The notes beneath the pieces are model-generated. The model was not told where the DNA came from, did no database searches, and saw only the letters and a list, made by a program, of their open reading frames with translations. A stretch of 64,000 nucleotides of DNA, taken from contig CAVXAT010000005.1 of the NCBI GenBank assembly GCA_963759805.1, positions 1-64,000 on the forward strand, in the 5' to 3' direction. Below, piece by piece: positions 19,914 to 30,418 of the stretch. Position 1 is the stretch's first letter. The number at the start of each line of letters is the position of its first letter. The position numbers and the translations under genes are program-made. The stretch is from an uncultured bacterium. GTDB taxonomy: Bacteria > Babelota > Babeliae > Babelales > RVW-14.

Positions 19914-21245
19914 ATGTTTAACTTTCTCTCAGAAAAATTCGCAGGCGTTTTAGGTTGGCTAAAAAACAAGGGACGGCTAACCGAAGAGAACATCCAAGAA
20001 GCCCTCGATCAGGTTCGTAATGCTTTACTTGATGCAGACGTCCCCCATGACATTATCGATGCATTTTTAAGCCAGATAAAAGATGGAATTATTGGACAAA
20101 AGCTTCAAGCAAGCTTAAATCCGGGCCAAATGCTTATAAAAATTGTCCATGAAAAGCTACTCAATTTTTTAGGGGGCACTGGCTCAACAGGCCAGGTTAC
20201 TTTTCAAATCCCTTCCATAATCCTTGTTATGGGGTTACAGGGCTCCGGTAAAACAACAACAATTGCAAAGGTTGCAAATTGGATAAACAAAGAGGCTGCC
20301 AAACGTGGGAAAAAACGCAGAATTTTGCTTGCATCAGTTGACTTTTATCGTCCCGCAGCCATTGAGCAGCTCAAAATTCTTGCCGCTCAAGTGGGAGTAG
20401 ATTTTTACGCCGCATCAAGCCCCAAGTCAGTCAGCGCTGCCAAAGAAATTCAGGATTATTTCAAAAAAAATCATTATGAATTACTGTTTTTGGACACGGC
20501 AGGTCGATTTCACATAGACGACGAGATGATGCATGAACTGGTTGAAATCAATAAAACAGTAACCCCTAAATATAAATTTCTGGTTTTGGACGCTATGACA
20601 GGACAAGAGTCACTAAAAGTGGCTCAATCTTTTAACAACGCCGTAAACTTTGATTTTTCCATTTTAAGCAAAATGGATAGCGATGCACGCGGTGGAGCCG
20701 CTTTTGCCTTTCGCTATGCTCTTAAAAAACCGATTGCTTTTGTTGGATCCGGCGAAAAAATAGATGATCTGGAGGCTTTCATCCCTGAACGTATGGCCAC
20801 AAGAATTCTTGGAATGGGTGATATATTGACCCTGATTGAAAAGGCCAGCGAAAATATCGAAATAGACAGCCAAGAGACGATGGTTAAGCGCTTTTCTGAG
20901 GGAACGTTCTCTTTAAAAGATTTTGCCGAACAGCTTGATATGATTGACAAAATGGGCTCTTTGAATAAAATTACAAGATACCTTCCAGGCATGAACAGCA
21001 TCTCTGCTCAGGACATGGAGCGGGGACAGTCAGAAATGAAGCGCTTTAAGGCAATAATATCTTCAATGACAGAGAAAGAGCGAATTATGCCAAACATACT
21101 GGATGGGTCAAGAAAGCAAAGGATTTCAAAAGGCGCAGGCGTAAATGTGCAAGATATCAATCAATTGCTACAAAGATTTGAACAAAGTAAACAATTTGTT
21201 AAAATGTTTAAAAAGATGGGTAAGTTCAGAAAGTTTTTTAATTAA
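19914..21245 (+). CDS. ffh: Signal recognition particle protein
   Basis: GLQGSGKTT, DTAGR, DAMTGQ, GGAA, RILGMGD, M domain. Confidence 0.97.
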   Translation: MFNFLSEKFAGVLGWLKNKGRLTEENIQEALDQVRNALLDADVPHDIIDAFLSQIKDGIIGQKLQASLNPGQMLIKIVHEKLLNFLGGTGSTGQVTFQIPSIILVMGLQGSGKTTTIAKVANWINKEAAKRGKKRRILLASVDFYRPAAIEQLKILAAQVGVDFYAASSPKSVSAAKEIQDYFKKNHYELLFLDTAGRFHIDDEMMHELVEINKTVTPKYKFLVLDAMTGQESLKVAQSFNNAVNFDFSILSKMDSDARGGAAFAFRYALKKPIAFVGSGEKIDDLEAFIPERMATRILGMGDILTLIEKASENIEIDSQETMVKRFSEGTFSLKDFAEQLDMIDKMGSLNKITRYLPGMNSISAQDMERGQSEMKRFKAIISSMTEKERIMPNILDGSRKQRISKGAGVNVQDINQLLQRFEQSKQFVKMFKKMGKFRKFFN

Positions 21246-21287
21246 ATATCGATAGTTGTTAGTTGTTGTTAGAAAGGACATTGATAA

Positions 21288-21548
21288 ATGGCAGTCAAAA
21301 TTCGTCTAAGCAGAATAGGCAAGAAAAACAGACCTTACTGTCGTATTGTTGCGGTAGACTCTCAGAAAAAAAGAGATGGCGCATCCCTTGAAAATCTAGG
21401 ATCTTACGATCCTGTTACACATGAAGTTTTTCAAATTCATATGGATAAAATAGAAAAATGGATTTCAAAAGGTGCTAAGTGCAGCCCCGCAGTCGAAAAG
21501 CTTATTAAAAGCAGGAAAGTCAGCCCAACTAAAGCCAAAGCCGCCTAA
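21288..21548 (+). CDS. rpsP: 30S ribosomal protein S16
   Basis: MAVKIRLSRIGKKNRP..RDG..LGSYDP. Confidence 0.97.
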   Translation: MAVKIRLSRIGKKNRPYCRIVAVDSQKKRDGASLENLGSYDPVTHEVFQIHMDKIEKWISKGAKCSPAVEKLIKSRKVSPTKAKAA

Positions 21549-21565
21549 CATTGGAGCAGTAAATC

Positions 21566-21805
21566 ATGAGTATTCTTAAAGAATTGGTTGAACAAATCGT
21601 AAAAAAATTGGTTGATAAACCGGAAAGTGTCAATGTAACTGAAGTCAGCGGCGAACAGTCTACAATTATTGAACTTCGCGTAGCGCCTGAAGATTTAGGT
21701 AAAGTTATCGGAAAAGAGGGCAGAACAGCAAGGTCTATTCGTACACTTGTTCAGGCCGCAGCATCCAAAGAACATAAACGCGCTGTTCTTGAGATTTTGG
21801 AATAA
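21566..21805 (+). CDS. khpA: KH-domain RNA-binding protein
   Basis: [24 protein letters not shown]; follows rpsP. Confidence 0.93.
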   Translation: MSILKELVEQIVKKLVDKPESVNVTEVSGEQSTIIELRVAPEDLGKVIGKEGRTARSIRTLVQAAASKEHKRAVLEILE

Positions 21806-21836
21806 GAAGCCACGTGATGCTAACATAGAATTCTAC

Positions 21837-21870
21837 GGCTGGCGAACTTAACGCCAGCCATTTTTCTTTT
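21837..21870 (+). terminator. Rho-independent terminator
   Basis: GGCTGGCG-N7-CGCCAGCC plus T-rich tail. Confidence 0.75.
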
Positions 21871-21911
21871 GCAAGCCATATTTGTAAATTTAGAAGCTAT
21901 ATTTGGAAAAC

Positions 21912-23315
21912 ATGTTTAAAATATCGATTATTACAGTCTTTCCTGAATTATATGAAAATTTTATCAGTACAAGCCTAATTCAACGAGCCGTTGAGCAAGG
22001 CATTGTACAATTCAATCTTGTGCGTTTTTCAGACATGTGTCAGCCAAAAGAACGCATCGACGAGCCAACCGTAGGCCATGGCGCCGGAATGATAATTAAG
22101 CCAGAAGTTGTTCAAAAGGCAATTGATCTGTGCCAAACCAAGTGGGGTACGGGGTTTAAAATATTCTTTTCCCCTCAGGGAGAACGGCTTGATCAACGTA
22201 AATTAAGTAAGATTTATAAAAATTTGATTTCTCAGACACAAGATCAGACTGACACTGCTCACCAGAACCAGACCGGCGAATCTCAACCCGACAATTCCAT
22301 TGCTTCAGCAAAATCCCACCTTCACGTAATACTTATCTGTTCTCGTTACGAGGGCATTGATGAACGTGTTCAAAGTTTCTATGCAGACATGGTATTGTCA
22401 ATCGGCGATTATGTGTTAATGGGCGGAGACCTCCCTGCACAGGTCTTTTTAGAGGGACTTTTGCGGCTGATTCCAAATGTAGTTGGTAAAACAGCTTCCG
22501 TAGAAAATGAATCATTCCAGGGCGCGTTTTTTGATCATCCTGAGTATGGGTTGCCTGTCGAATGGAATCAGATGAAAATTCCGGACGTATTACGCTCAGG
22601 TAACCACAAGCAAATAGATATATGGCGCAAAGAACAAGCTGTTCAGAAGACAATTTTAAATAGATTTGATTGGATCCGTGAAAACCAACCGGATGAGCAA
22701 GATATTGAGCTTTGCAAAAAATTCATTCCAACCCATTACGTTGCAATAATGCACTCACAAGTAATAGTTGGCGATGGACAAAAAGACGGGCATAAAGTTG
22801 GCGATACCTCTGTGACATCAATTGACATCCACGACATTGCACGCAGTTGTAAAACTTACGGAGTTGAAAATTTTTTTATTGTCACAGAACTTGAAGATCA
22901 GTTCAAAATAGTAAACACATTTTTTGATTTTTGGCATTCAAAAAAGGGCAAAGAGTACAACTTGAGCCGCTTCAACGCGATTGAATCTGTAATTTTAACA
23001 AAAACATTCGAATCAGTAATCGAACAAATTAAAGAAAAAGAGAACATAGCACCAATTATAATCACAACATCTGCAAAATCGCATGGCAATGGCTTAAAAA
23101 TCGATTTTTTTAGCCAGGGACTAGTCTGGAAGCAAAATAGACCTGTGCTTATTGTTTTCGGCACCGGCCAGGGATTAAGCAAGCAAATCATGGACCAAAG
23201 TGACTTCATCCTAACCCCGATACGGGGGCTTACTAGCTATAACCACCTTTCCGTGAGATCCGCCGCCGCAATCATTCTTGACAGGTGGTTGGGACTGAAC
23301 TCAAAGCTTGAATAA
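21912..23315 (+). CDS. trmD: tRNA m1G37 methyltransferase TrmD fused to a second SPOUT methyltransferase domain
   Basis: CSRYEGIDER, SIGDYVLMGGD, SGNH; C-terminal DIHDIARSCKTY, FGTGQGL, YNHLSVRSAAAIILDR. Confidence 0.93.
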   Translation: MFKISIITVFPELYENFISTSLIQRAVEQGIVQFNLVRFSDMCQPKERIDEPTVGHGAGMIIKPEVVQKAIDLCQTKWGTGFKIFFSPQGERLDQRKLSKIYKNLISQTQDQTDTAHQNQTGESQPDNSIASAKSHLHVILICSRYEGIDERVQSFYADMVLSIGDYVLMGGDLPAQVFLEGLLRLIPNVVGKTASVENESFQGAFFDHPEYGLPVEWNQMKIPDVLRSGNHKQIDIWRKEQAVQKTILNRFDWIRENQPDEQDIELCKKFIPTHYVAIMHSQVIVGDGQKDGHKVGDTSVTSIDIHDIARSCKTYGVENFFIVTELEDQFKIVNTFFDFWHSKKGKEYNLSRFNAIESVILTKTFESVIEQIKEKENIAPIIITTSAKSHGNGLKIDFFSQGLVWKQNRPVLIVFGTGQGLSKQIMDQSDFILTPIRGLTSYNHLSVRSAAAIILDRWLGLNSKLE

Positions 23316-23452
23316 AAAGCTTGGATAATTTGCTATTTTTTGGCTTGATATGTGTCAATTTTGCATGTATAATACAGGTTAAGTCTTTAGATTTTCCTAC
23401 ATTTATACTTTATATTTGATATAATTTTTTAAGTTTTGGTTCAAGGAATACG

Positions 23453-23869
23453 ATGAAAACGACTCGTTTAAGCAAAGAGACAATTTTGGATTTAACAACA
23501 GCTGATCGCAATTTTCCCGACTTTAGAGTTGGAGACACAATCAATGTTGCTTCAAAGGTAAAAGAAGGCGCTAAAGAAAGACTACAGAGTTTTGAAGGCG
23601 AAGTTATTGACATTCACAACAATGGCATAGCATCAACATTTACCGTACGCAGAATCGGAGCAAACGGGATCGGTGTTGAAAGAATTTATCCATATTACTC
23701 TCCAAACGTATCTGAGGTCACATTTGTAAAACGTGGTCGTGTACGCCGAGCAAACTTGGGATACCTACGTAATCGTGTTGGCCGTGCCGGCAGAGTTCAA
23801 GAGATGGTTATATCAAAAGAGGAAACTGCCAAAATCAGAGGGACAGGAATTACTAAAACAGATGAATAA
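23453..23869 (+). CDS. rplS: 50S ribosomal protein L19
   Basis: FRVGDTI, KERLQSFEG, GVERIYP, GRVRRA. Confidence 0.97.
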   Translation: MKTTRLSKETILDLTTADRNFPDFRVGDTINVASKVKEGAKERLQSFEGEVIDIHNNGIASTFTVRRIGANGIGVERIYPYYSPNVSEVTFVKRGRVRRANLGYLRNRVGRAGRVQEMVISKEETAKIRGTGITKTDE

Positions 23870-24320
23870 GACCAACGAAAATTTAATATTCAAAGGGCAG
23901 CCAAACGGCTGTCCTTTGTTATTTAATGCTATTTTTACAATCGCTCTTATCTGCCTGCTTCCTGCATGCTCGGAAAAACACAATCAATTTCAAATCAAAA
24001 AACCTCACTATAAAACTTTTGTTAATCAGGCTAAAAGTATTGATATATCAACACCTGTTGGATTTAATCTTGTGAAAAGCGATAGAAAAGGTGATACTAC
24101 TTTTTTTGAATATCATGGCAATCAAAACATAGAAAAAGTAGTCTCATTTTACAATCGTGAATTAGAAGTTTTGGGATGGGAATTCAAAAATCTATCGACA
24201 GAACAAGAGGGGCTTTTTGTCTGCAACAAAAGCTCAAAAACATGTGTCGTATCTATCAGGCAAAATAAGAGTGGCTCAATAATTTGCATTACATTGGCAT
24301 GCAAACATGAGCCAAATTAA
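23862..24320 (+). CDS. Hypothetical lipoprotein (start uncertain)
   Basis: Hydrophobic stretch ending in LPAC lipobox. Confidence 0.55.
   Translation: MNKTNENLIFKGQPNGCPLLFNAIFTIALICLLPACSEKHNQFQIKKPHYKTFVNQAKSIDISTPVGFNLVKSDRKGDTTFFEYHGNQNIEKVVSFYNRELEVLGWEFKNLSTEQEGLFVCNKSSKTCVVSIRQNKSGSIICITLACKHEPN
23891..23922 (+). terminator. Terminator after rplS
   Basis: CAAAGGGCAGCC-AAAC-GGCTGTCCTTTG. Confidence 0.65.
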
Positions 24321-24495
24321 AAACCGAGCTAGTAAATCTAGGTGATTTTAAAAAAACGGTGATTTAATGATTATAATTTTTAAAGCAATCTTATTTTTTG
24401 GACTAATTTTCTTGATATCATTCTTGGTTTTCACAGCATTGGTGAAAACTGTAGGCCGATTTTTTGGGATTAAAAATTAATACAATGGAAGTATG

Positions 24496-24765
24496 TCAAG
24501 AAAACTTCAGAGGGTAAGCCTCCGGATTTTTGAGAGAATTTACATCAAGATCAACATCCAACGTTGGCCAATAAAGGTGCCTCTCATGAAGCAGTTGTAA
24601 ATCGTAAATCTGCTCAAGTGTTGCTTTGAAAAACCAGGGGTACTCGGAAAATGGAAGAAAAAACTCCTGTTTATGAACAGAAATCCAAAATCCCTCTTTA
24701 GAAATAATGTTTATCTCAACGGGTGCGACTGTGCTTTTCCCACGCTTCTGTAATTTCTTTGACAT
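24496..24765 (-). CDS. DUF2442 protein (antitoxin-like)
   Basis: FLPFSEYPWF, LYWPTLDVDL, PEAYPL. Confidence 0.85.
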   Translation of the reverse strand: MSKKLQKRGKSTVAPVEINIISKEGFWISVHKQEFFLPFSEYPWFFKATLEQIYDLQLLHERHLYWPTLDVDLDVNSLKNPEAYPLKFS

Positions 24766-24958
24766 GATCTTTTACCACCTTTTCAAGCTCTCTTAATTGA
24801 CGCTCAGACAATCCTTTATAGTCAGCAAGTGCCACAAGGGGCTCAATCCAAAATTTTGCTTCTCCATCAGGTGATGCGACATGGACATGCATCCTGTCCT
24901 CTTCACAAGAAAAAAAGTAAAATCGATATTTTTTATATCTAAAAACGGTTGGACTCAT
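24716..24958 (-). CDS. DUF4160 protein (toxin-like partner)
   Basis: MSPTVFR..FYFFS.EE.RMHVHV..GEAKFWIEP..AWEKH. Confidence 0.88.
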   Translation of the reverse strand: MSPTVFRYKKYRFYFFSCEEDRMHVHVASPDGEAKFWIEPLVALADYKGLSERQLRELEKVVKDHVKEITEAWEKHSRTR

Positions 24959-25144
24959 AGCTTGGTATCCCGATTTCAAATAGACTGACGCACCTAGAGT
25001 AGCATATAAAAAAATAAAATGATCCTCTTTGAAAAGATATCAGACATGTAAGAAATTACAAGGCTATTTAATTTAACCTTGATTCATTTAGCTTGTCAAA
25101 TCTCTGTTTTTTTGTTAAAAATCTAATATAATTCTTTATTTTGT

Positions 25145-25215
25145 TGGGAAGTCGTCTAATGGCAGGACCCTGGACTCTGACTCCAGTTATATAGGTTCGA
25201 ATCCTATCTTCCCAG
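25145..25215 (+). tRNA. tRNA-Gln(CTG)
   Basis: TGGGAAG/CTTCCCA acceptor, CTGGA-CTCTGAC-TCCAG, GGTTCGAATCC; no encoded CCA. Confidence 0.96.
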
Positions 25216-25368
25216 TTTTCGCCATTTAATGGCTTTATCTGAGCACATTATTCATACAATAATTCATTAGATAAATTCAAGTTCAAGGAAAATAATCTGT
25301 AACAAGCCCCAATAATTACATCCTCAAAAGTTTGATTTTATCAAAACACTGTACAGTGAAGCTCATTA

Positions 25369-25397
25369 TTGACATATCATACCGATAAAAATATGCT
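25369..25397 (+). promoter_or_regulatory. sigma70-type promoter
   Basis: TTGACA-N17-TATGCT upstream of the ankyrin gene. Confidence 0.55.
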
Positions 25398-25447
25398 TCT
25401 ATTTTCGAATGATTGTATATGTTTGCAAAATATTGGGACATAATTTT

Positions 25448-27442
25448 ATGAATCCAAAACTAAAATTTAATATATTTTTATATGGGTTAACTCTTTGTGT
25501 TACCTTGTGTGGATGCGAAAAAAAACAAGATACTGCAAGGGCAGGCATTCAACCTAGTGATTCAGCTACAACCGTCAGGAATAAATCTCTTGAAAAACAG
25601 CTTTTTGAGGCAATAGAAAACTATGATGATGCTAAAGTCAAAAAGCTAATTGAATTAGGTGTTAATGTTGATGCAGAGTCAGATGAAGGGATAATGATGG
25701 GTGATGGGCATTATCCAAAAAGCGCAGTTGATTTTGTCGGATGGAAAGTTTTTGAGGGGATGCTCGGTTCGTGTACGCTTTCTGCTACCGAGTGTATGAA
25801 TAGCTGCGATGAGTACGACAAAAAATACAAAAATATCTTATGGATGTTAATAGATGCTGGAGCTTCGCTTGACGGGGAAGAAAATCCAGTCAGAAACATA
25901 GTTAAATCTGGCAATTTACCATTTGTGCAACTGCTATTAAAAAAAGGGGTTGATTTAAAGAAGCATGATAAAATTTTACACAGCGCTGCGATTGGGGGAA
26001 ATACAGATGTTTTCAAAATTGTGCTTAAATTTGACAATGATGCATATTCTCATTCTGGGTGGGATAATCGTACAGTCCTTATGAATGCTGTGAGCAATGA
26101 AGAAATTGTAAAAATAGTTTTAGATATGGGGGTTGATATTAATGGAAAAGATGCAAATGGAAGAACAGCCTTCACATACGCAGTAAGAGAAGGAAATGAA
26201 GCTGTTGTAAAATTACTTATCAACAGAGGGGCAGACATTCATACCAAGGGTTCAAAAAATTTGGGTGAATTTGCAGGAGAAAATGCATTAATGCAAGCTG
26301 TTCTTGGCGGGCATAAAAATATAGTAAAGTTACTACTCGATCTGGGTTTTGACATAAATGAAAAAGATGCAAATGGAAGAACAGCTTTGGATTGGGCCGC
26401 AGGTGGAGTTGGTCGTGGGTGGAGAAATGTGGCCAATCCTGATATGGTAAGATTTTTATTGAAAAATGGAGCTGGGGGAGATTCAATGAATAAGGGGCTT
26501 ATGATAATTTCGCACATTTCTTATGGATGTACCTATTTTTCAGTAGACACAGTTCGGGCCCTTGTGCAGTTTGGCGCAGATGTTTCAGTAAAAGATAATT
26601 TTAAAGGAATGACAGCTAAAGATTGCCTAGAAAAGATGCTTGAATGTGATAGTGGGCTACTTGGACATGGAAATCTGAGAGCTAGGGAGGCTCTGAATTA
26701 TCCAAACAAGGTTGTCCACCTCGAGTATGCTCCACGGTTCAAAAAATTAACTAAGCCCATTCAATATAACTGCAGATGTTGCCATTACATGGACAAAAAT
26801 GATGCAACCGATAGTCATCATCCAATAGAAACCACGAGAAAAATATTCAGAATTGATGATAATGTATCTATTTACTATCCCCAATTTTTTGGATTTCAAA
26901 ACAAGATGGCACAGGACAGAATTAATGAAAAATTAAAAACATCATTTACAAAAACATGGCAAGTTCGGCAAAGTGTTTGTGCAGGTAAAAACACCAAACA
27001 ATACTACAGCTGCGATTTTGATGCTTGGCGAGTATGTGATCGGATAATAATAATCATGAAAAAAGAATTTACAATTGTTGATGGGGAAAAAGTCGGAGAA
27101 GATAAACAAAAAAGCTACTTTATTGATATGAGATCAGGCAAATTTTACAAACCAAAAGATCTGTTCAAAAAAGGCTTTGTTAACACAATTGCACGACTGG
27201 TTTGCAATATTAATGAGAGCAGCAAAGAATGTATGCATGACAATTTTTTTGATTATGAAAACTTTCCATTCAAAAACAACTTTATTCTTACTCACGAGGG
27301 TCTTGAGATTTACCTCGATCGGAAAAGCGCAGCACGCTATGGCAAGCGTGTTTTTAAAATAAAGTATACGGATCTTGATGGTATGTTAGATAAAGATAGC
27401 GAGTTTTATAAAGCCTTTGCGGGTACTGTTGCGAAGGTATAA
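25448..27442 (+). CDS. Ankyrin-repeat lipoprotein with additional C-terminal domain
   Basis: LCGC lipobox; several ankyrin repeats (GRTAFTYAVREGNEAVVKLLINRGAD). Confidence 0.85.
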   Translation: MNPKLKFNIFLYGLTLCVTLCGCEKKQDTARAGIQPSDSATTVRNKSLEKQLFEAIENYDDAKVKKLIELGVNVDAESDEGIMMGDGHYPKSAVDFVGWKVFEGMLGSCTLSATECMNSCDEYDKKYKNILWMLIDAGASLDGEENPVRNIVKSGNLPFVQLLLKKGVDLKKHDKILHSAAIGGNTDVFKIVLKFDNDAYSHSGWDNRTVLMNAVSNEEIVKIVLDMGVDINGKDANGRTAFTYAVREGNEAVVKLLINRGADIHTKGSKNLGEFAGENALMQAVLGGHKNIVKLLLDLGFDINEKDANGRTALDWAAGGVGRGWRNVANPDMVRFLLKNGAGGDSMNKGLMIISHISYGCTYFSVDTVRALVQFGADVSVKDNFKGMTAKDCLEKMLECDSGLLGHGNLRAREALNYPNKVVHLEYAPRFKKLTKPIQYNCRCCHYMDKNDATDSHHPIETTRKIFRIDDNVSIYYPQFFGFQNKMAQDRINEKLKTSFTKTWQVRQSVCAGKNTKQYYSCDFDAWRVCDRIIIIMKKEFTIVDGEKVGEDKQKSYFIDMRSGKFYKPKDLFKKGFVNTIARLVCNINESSKECMHDNFFDYENFPFKNNFILTHEGLEIYLDRKSAARYGKRVFKIKYTDLDGMLDKDSEFYKAFAGTVAKV

Positions 27443-27500
27443 CTAACCCACAGGGCTTTCCTGCGAGCTGAAGGTTGCCCCAAATTTTACAGACAGAACA

Positions 27501-27563
27501 GATAATTCCATTTTTAAACTTTTCCAATTGAAAATTCGAAGGGCCTCCACTGTTGGCAGTTTT
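27501..27563. repeat. Intergenic repeat copy 1
   Basis: AAACTTTTCCAATTGAAAATTCGAAGGGCCTCCACTGTTGGCAGTTTT; 43/48 identical to copy 2. Confidence 0.9.
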
Positions 27564-27740
27564 TGTAAGGTTTGGTAAGAATTGAATTTACACGGCTCTT
27601 TTCTCTCCCATTCCTGAATCCCCACCCAATTTTACCCAAAAATTAACAATTTTCCCATGATATGGCATATTACAATTTGTAGGATTTATCAATGTTTTGG
27701 TCTGTATTGGCTAATAAAAAGAGTGAAGAAAAAGCGCACC

Positions 27741-28595
27741 ATGAAAAAATATAGTCTACTTTTAATGTTATTAATCCTCAGTTCTTACGGAACACAAAGT
27801 ACAAAGGGACATGCTATGAATCGAAATAAAAAGGAAAAACCTATGGGAAAAACAATGCAAGAAAATTCGTTTAAGATTTTGTACTTGCCCATTGCCAGCC
27901 CGGAGATAAAAAATATACCCATCGATGAATGCGGTGAAGAGCTTATTGATTTAAAAGAAGTAAAACATGAACGCATTCTTCCACTTATAACTTTTGGCAA
28001 TGCCTATAACCCTGGATATCAAGAGAATGGAAAAGTACGCATTGGATTGTATAAAAGATTGTTATTGTTACTTGAGTATCTTCCTAAAAATTTTGGCATA
28101 GCTTTTTTGGAGGGATATCGTCCTTTGGGGAAGCAAAAAGAATATTTTGATAAAATATTTAGGGAGGTTGCAGGACAATGTAAAGGTGATCTTGAAAAAG
28201 CTTATGCTCAGACCAGTATATTTGTATCGCCTTACATTGACAACGTCCCAGTGCATTGCACGGGCGCCGCAATTGATTTTACGCTCTTTACCTTTAATGA
28301 TGCTGGAATAAAAAGTTTATTGAATTTAGGAACGCTTGATGCCGTTGATCAAGCGCCAACGCTAACAGATACTATTACTGAGGAGCAACGCAACAATAGA
28401 ATGCTGCTTTTGAATGCTACCTGTAAGGCAGGCCTGGTAAATTATGGTTATGAGTGGTGGCATTATAGTTATGGCGATCGCGCGTGGGCATATGTTGAAA
28501 AAAAAGAAAAAGCAATCTATGGCTTGGTCACTGAAGACAACAAAATATATATACCTACAAGCAAAGAAGAGTATTTCAAAAAATTTAAATGCTAA
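27741..28595 (+). CDS. D-Ala-D-Ala dipeptidase (M15D, VanX/DdpX-like)
   Basis: EGYRP, HCTGAAIDFTL, YEWWHYSYGD. Confidence 0.88.
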   Translation: MKKYSLLLMLLILSSYGTQSTKGHAMNRNKKEKPMGKTMQENSFKILYLPIASPEIKNIPIDECGEELIDLKEVKHERILPLITFGNAYNPGYQENGKVRIGLYKRLLLLLEYLPKNFGIAFLEGYRPLGKQKEYFDKIFREVAGQCKGDLEKAYAQTSIFVSPYIDNVPVHCTGAAIDFTLFTFNDAGIKSLLNLGTLDAVDQAPTLTDTITEEQRNNRMLLLNATCKAGLVNYGYEWWHYSYGDRAWAYVEKKEKAIYGLVTEDNKIYIPTSKEEYFKKFKC

Positions 28596-28715
28596 CAACA
28601 CTCAAATGGGACACCCACCCATAATCTAGTCGTAATCAATTACAATGTAACATTGCAAAAAGAAAGAGTATTAGCGTTCGCAGTAAAGTGCACAACCATA
28701 GCCACATCCTGCTGC

Positions 28716-28763
28716 AAACTTTTCCAGTCAAAAGTTCGAAGTGCCTCCACTGTTGGCAGTTTT
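28716..28763. repeat. Intergenic repeat copy 2
   Basis: 36 bp (28724-28759) identical to copy 3. Confidence 0.9.
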
Positions 28764-28890
28764 CGCTCAAAACCTTGACCAGAAAATCATTCGCACACAA
28801 CACAAACGACAAAAGGCTTTTTCTTGGCTTTTGTTGTTTTAAGTTTTTCTGCTAGGTTAGTACTTATACCTTATAAAGAAAGGTCGATCA

Positions 28891-30309
28891 ATGCCAGAAT
28901 TTATTTTTCCGCAACCAACGGGCCAATATGCTGTTGGTACTAAGCTTTTTGAGCTAACTGATACAACGCATAATGATCCTGAAACAAGCAAGCCTCGAGA
29001 GCTTGTGGTGCAAGTATGGTATCCTGCTGAGGGCAAGCTTGGGATGGCTAAGGCTCCTTACGCCTACGAAGCACGTGAATGGTATAAAAAAGCATTTGCT
29101 CAGCTGGGGGTAGGGGCTGAAAAATTGCGATTACTTGATGGAATTAGTACGCATGCAATTCCTGATGCACCTGCTTGCAACCAAAATGCACCCTATCCAC
29201 TAGTGATTTTTGGTCACGGCTACGGTGCTCCACGTGGCGCCTATTCATTTTTCTGTGAGGAAATAGCAAGCCATGGGTATGTTGTTACGATGGTCATGCA
29301 CACGTATATAACATTTATGACACGATTTGCCGATGGACGCAGGGTTACGTCAATACGAAGCACCAGAGATAGATCCGTGTTCGAGGAATGTTTTGCTGAC
29401 ATTGAATATATGCTCAATCAAGCAATCTCTGGAGCTTTCGGCCCTCTCACAACTCTTTGTAATTTTAATACTATCGGCATGGTTGGACATTCACTTGGTG
29501 GCAGCATGACAGCCCAAACATGCAGACGCGATAAACGTGTTAAAGCGGGTATAACGCTCGATGGAGCATTGTGGGGCATCAACGCCACAAAACCATTTCA
29601 CAAACCATTTATGTTTATGTTAACACCAAATTTTTATGAAGACATGGGTAGCTTTCTTGAAAATATAAAAGATTTATTACAAGCGGTAGGCATAACTAAA
29701 GACAATTTTATTGGATCAAATGAACGGTTTTGTCGGGAGAATGGTAAAGAAACCATACAGATTGTGGTTGAGGGCGCTAACCATAAGACCTTTCTTGATG
29801 AATCGATATTACAGGATTTATTTGCTAAAATTTTTGCGCCATCGAGCGATATGAGTAAACTTGAAGCCACCTACAACTTGCCATTACCACCAATGATCGA
29901 TGCAATCAGGGGATGTATTCTTACCTTTTTAAATCGCCATTTGAAGGGGCAGACGACAGCATATCCTTCATCGGTGCAGCATGATGCCACTCAAGAAGAT
30001 TTTGTTTTTTACATTCCTGACAAGCACCCTCAACATACCAAAATAGAAATTGATCCAACACTTTTAAATGCGTATGCCGGTAAGTATAAACTTGGCAACG
30101 TTATTATTACGATAACCAAAGGTGATAACAAGCTTTGGCTTCAAATAGCTGGTCAACCCAAGTACGCAATTTATCCAGAATCTGAGACAACCTTTTTTTA
30201 TACGGTTGCTGATAGACAAATATCTTTTGTCAAAGACGAAAAAGATAAAGTTACAAAATTAATTTTACATCAAGGCGGAGTGAATCAGGACGCTGAAAAA
30301 ATTGAGTAA
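28891..30309 (+). CDS. Alpha/beta hydrolase (PAF-acetylhydrolase-like) with DUF3471-like C-terminal domain
   Basis: PTGQYAVG, VQVWYP, GHSLGG, LDG, GANH; C-terminal LNAYAGKY..IYPESETTFF. Confidence 0.85.
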   Translation: MPEFIFPQPTGQYAVGTKLFELTDTTHNDPETSKPRELVVQVWYPAEGKLGMAKAPYAYEAREWYKKAFAQLGVGAEKLRLLDGISTHAIPDAPACNQNAPYPLVIFGHGYGAPRGAYSFFCEEIASHGYVVTMVMHTYITFMTRFADGRRVTSIRSTRDRSVFEECFADIEYMLNQAISGAFGPLTTLCNFNTIGMVGHSLGGSMTAQTCRRDKRVKAGITLDGALWGINATKPFHKPFMFMLTPNFYEDMGSFLENIKDLLQAVGITKDNFIGSNERFCRENGKETIQIVVEGANHKTFLDESILQDLFAKIFAPSSDMSKLEATYNLPLPPMIDAIRGCILTFLNRHLKGQTTAYPSSVQHDATQEDFVFYIPDKHPQHTKIEIDPTLLNAYAGKYKLGNVIITITKGDNKLWLQIAGQPKYAIYPESETTFFYTVADRQISFVKDEKDKVTKLILHQGGVNQDAEKIE

Positions 30310-30382
30310 AATAGTATCATAGACACTTGATGGAATAATGTAGTTGGTTTGTAAGAATTGCTAAACTTTGTTGCACGCCCAC

Positions 30383-30418
30383 CCAGTCAAAAGTTCGAAG
30401 TGCCTCCACTGTTGGCAG
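30383..30418. repeat. Intergenic repeat copy 3
   Basis: CCAGTCAAAAGTTCGAAGTGCCTCCACTGTTGGCAG. Confidence 0.9.

Noticed and set aside
19611..21900. SRP RNA or other ncRNA near ffh
   Set aside because: No SRP domain IV motif recognised; the hairpins found are explained as terminators
27436..28759. Classical integron attC sites (genes end in TAAC and the repeat contains GTTGGCA)
   Set aside because: No extended imperfect palindrome between the AAC and GTT boxes and no intI in the window; not fully excluded without a covariance-model search
27516..30418. 36-bp direct repeats as a CRISPR array
   Set aside because: Spacing is 1.2-1.7 kb with whole genes between copies, and there are no cas genes in the window
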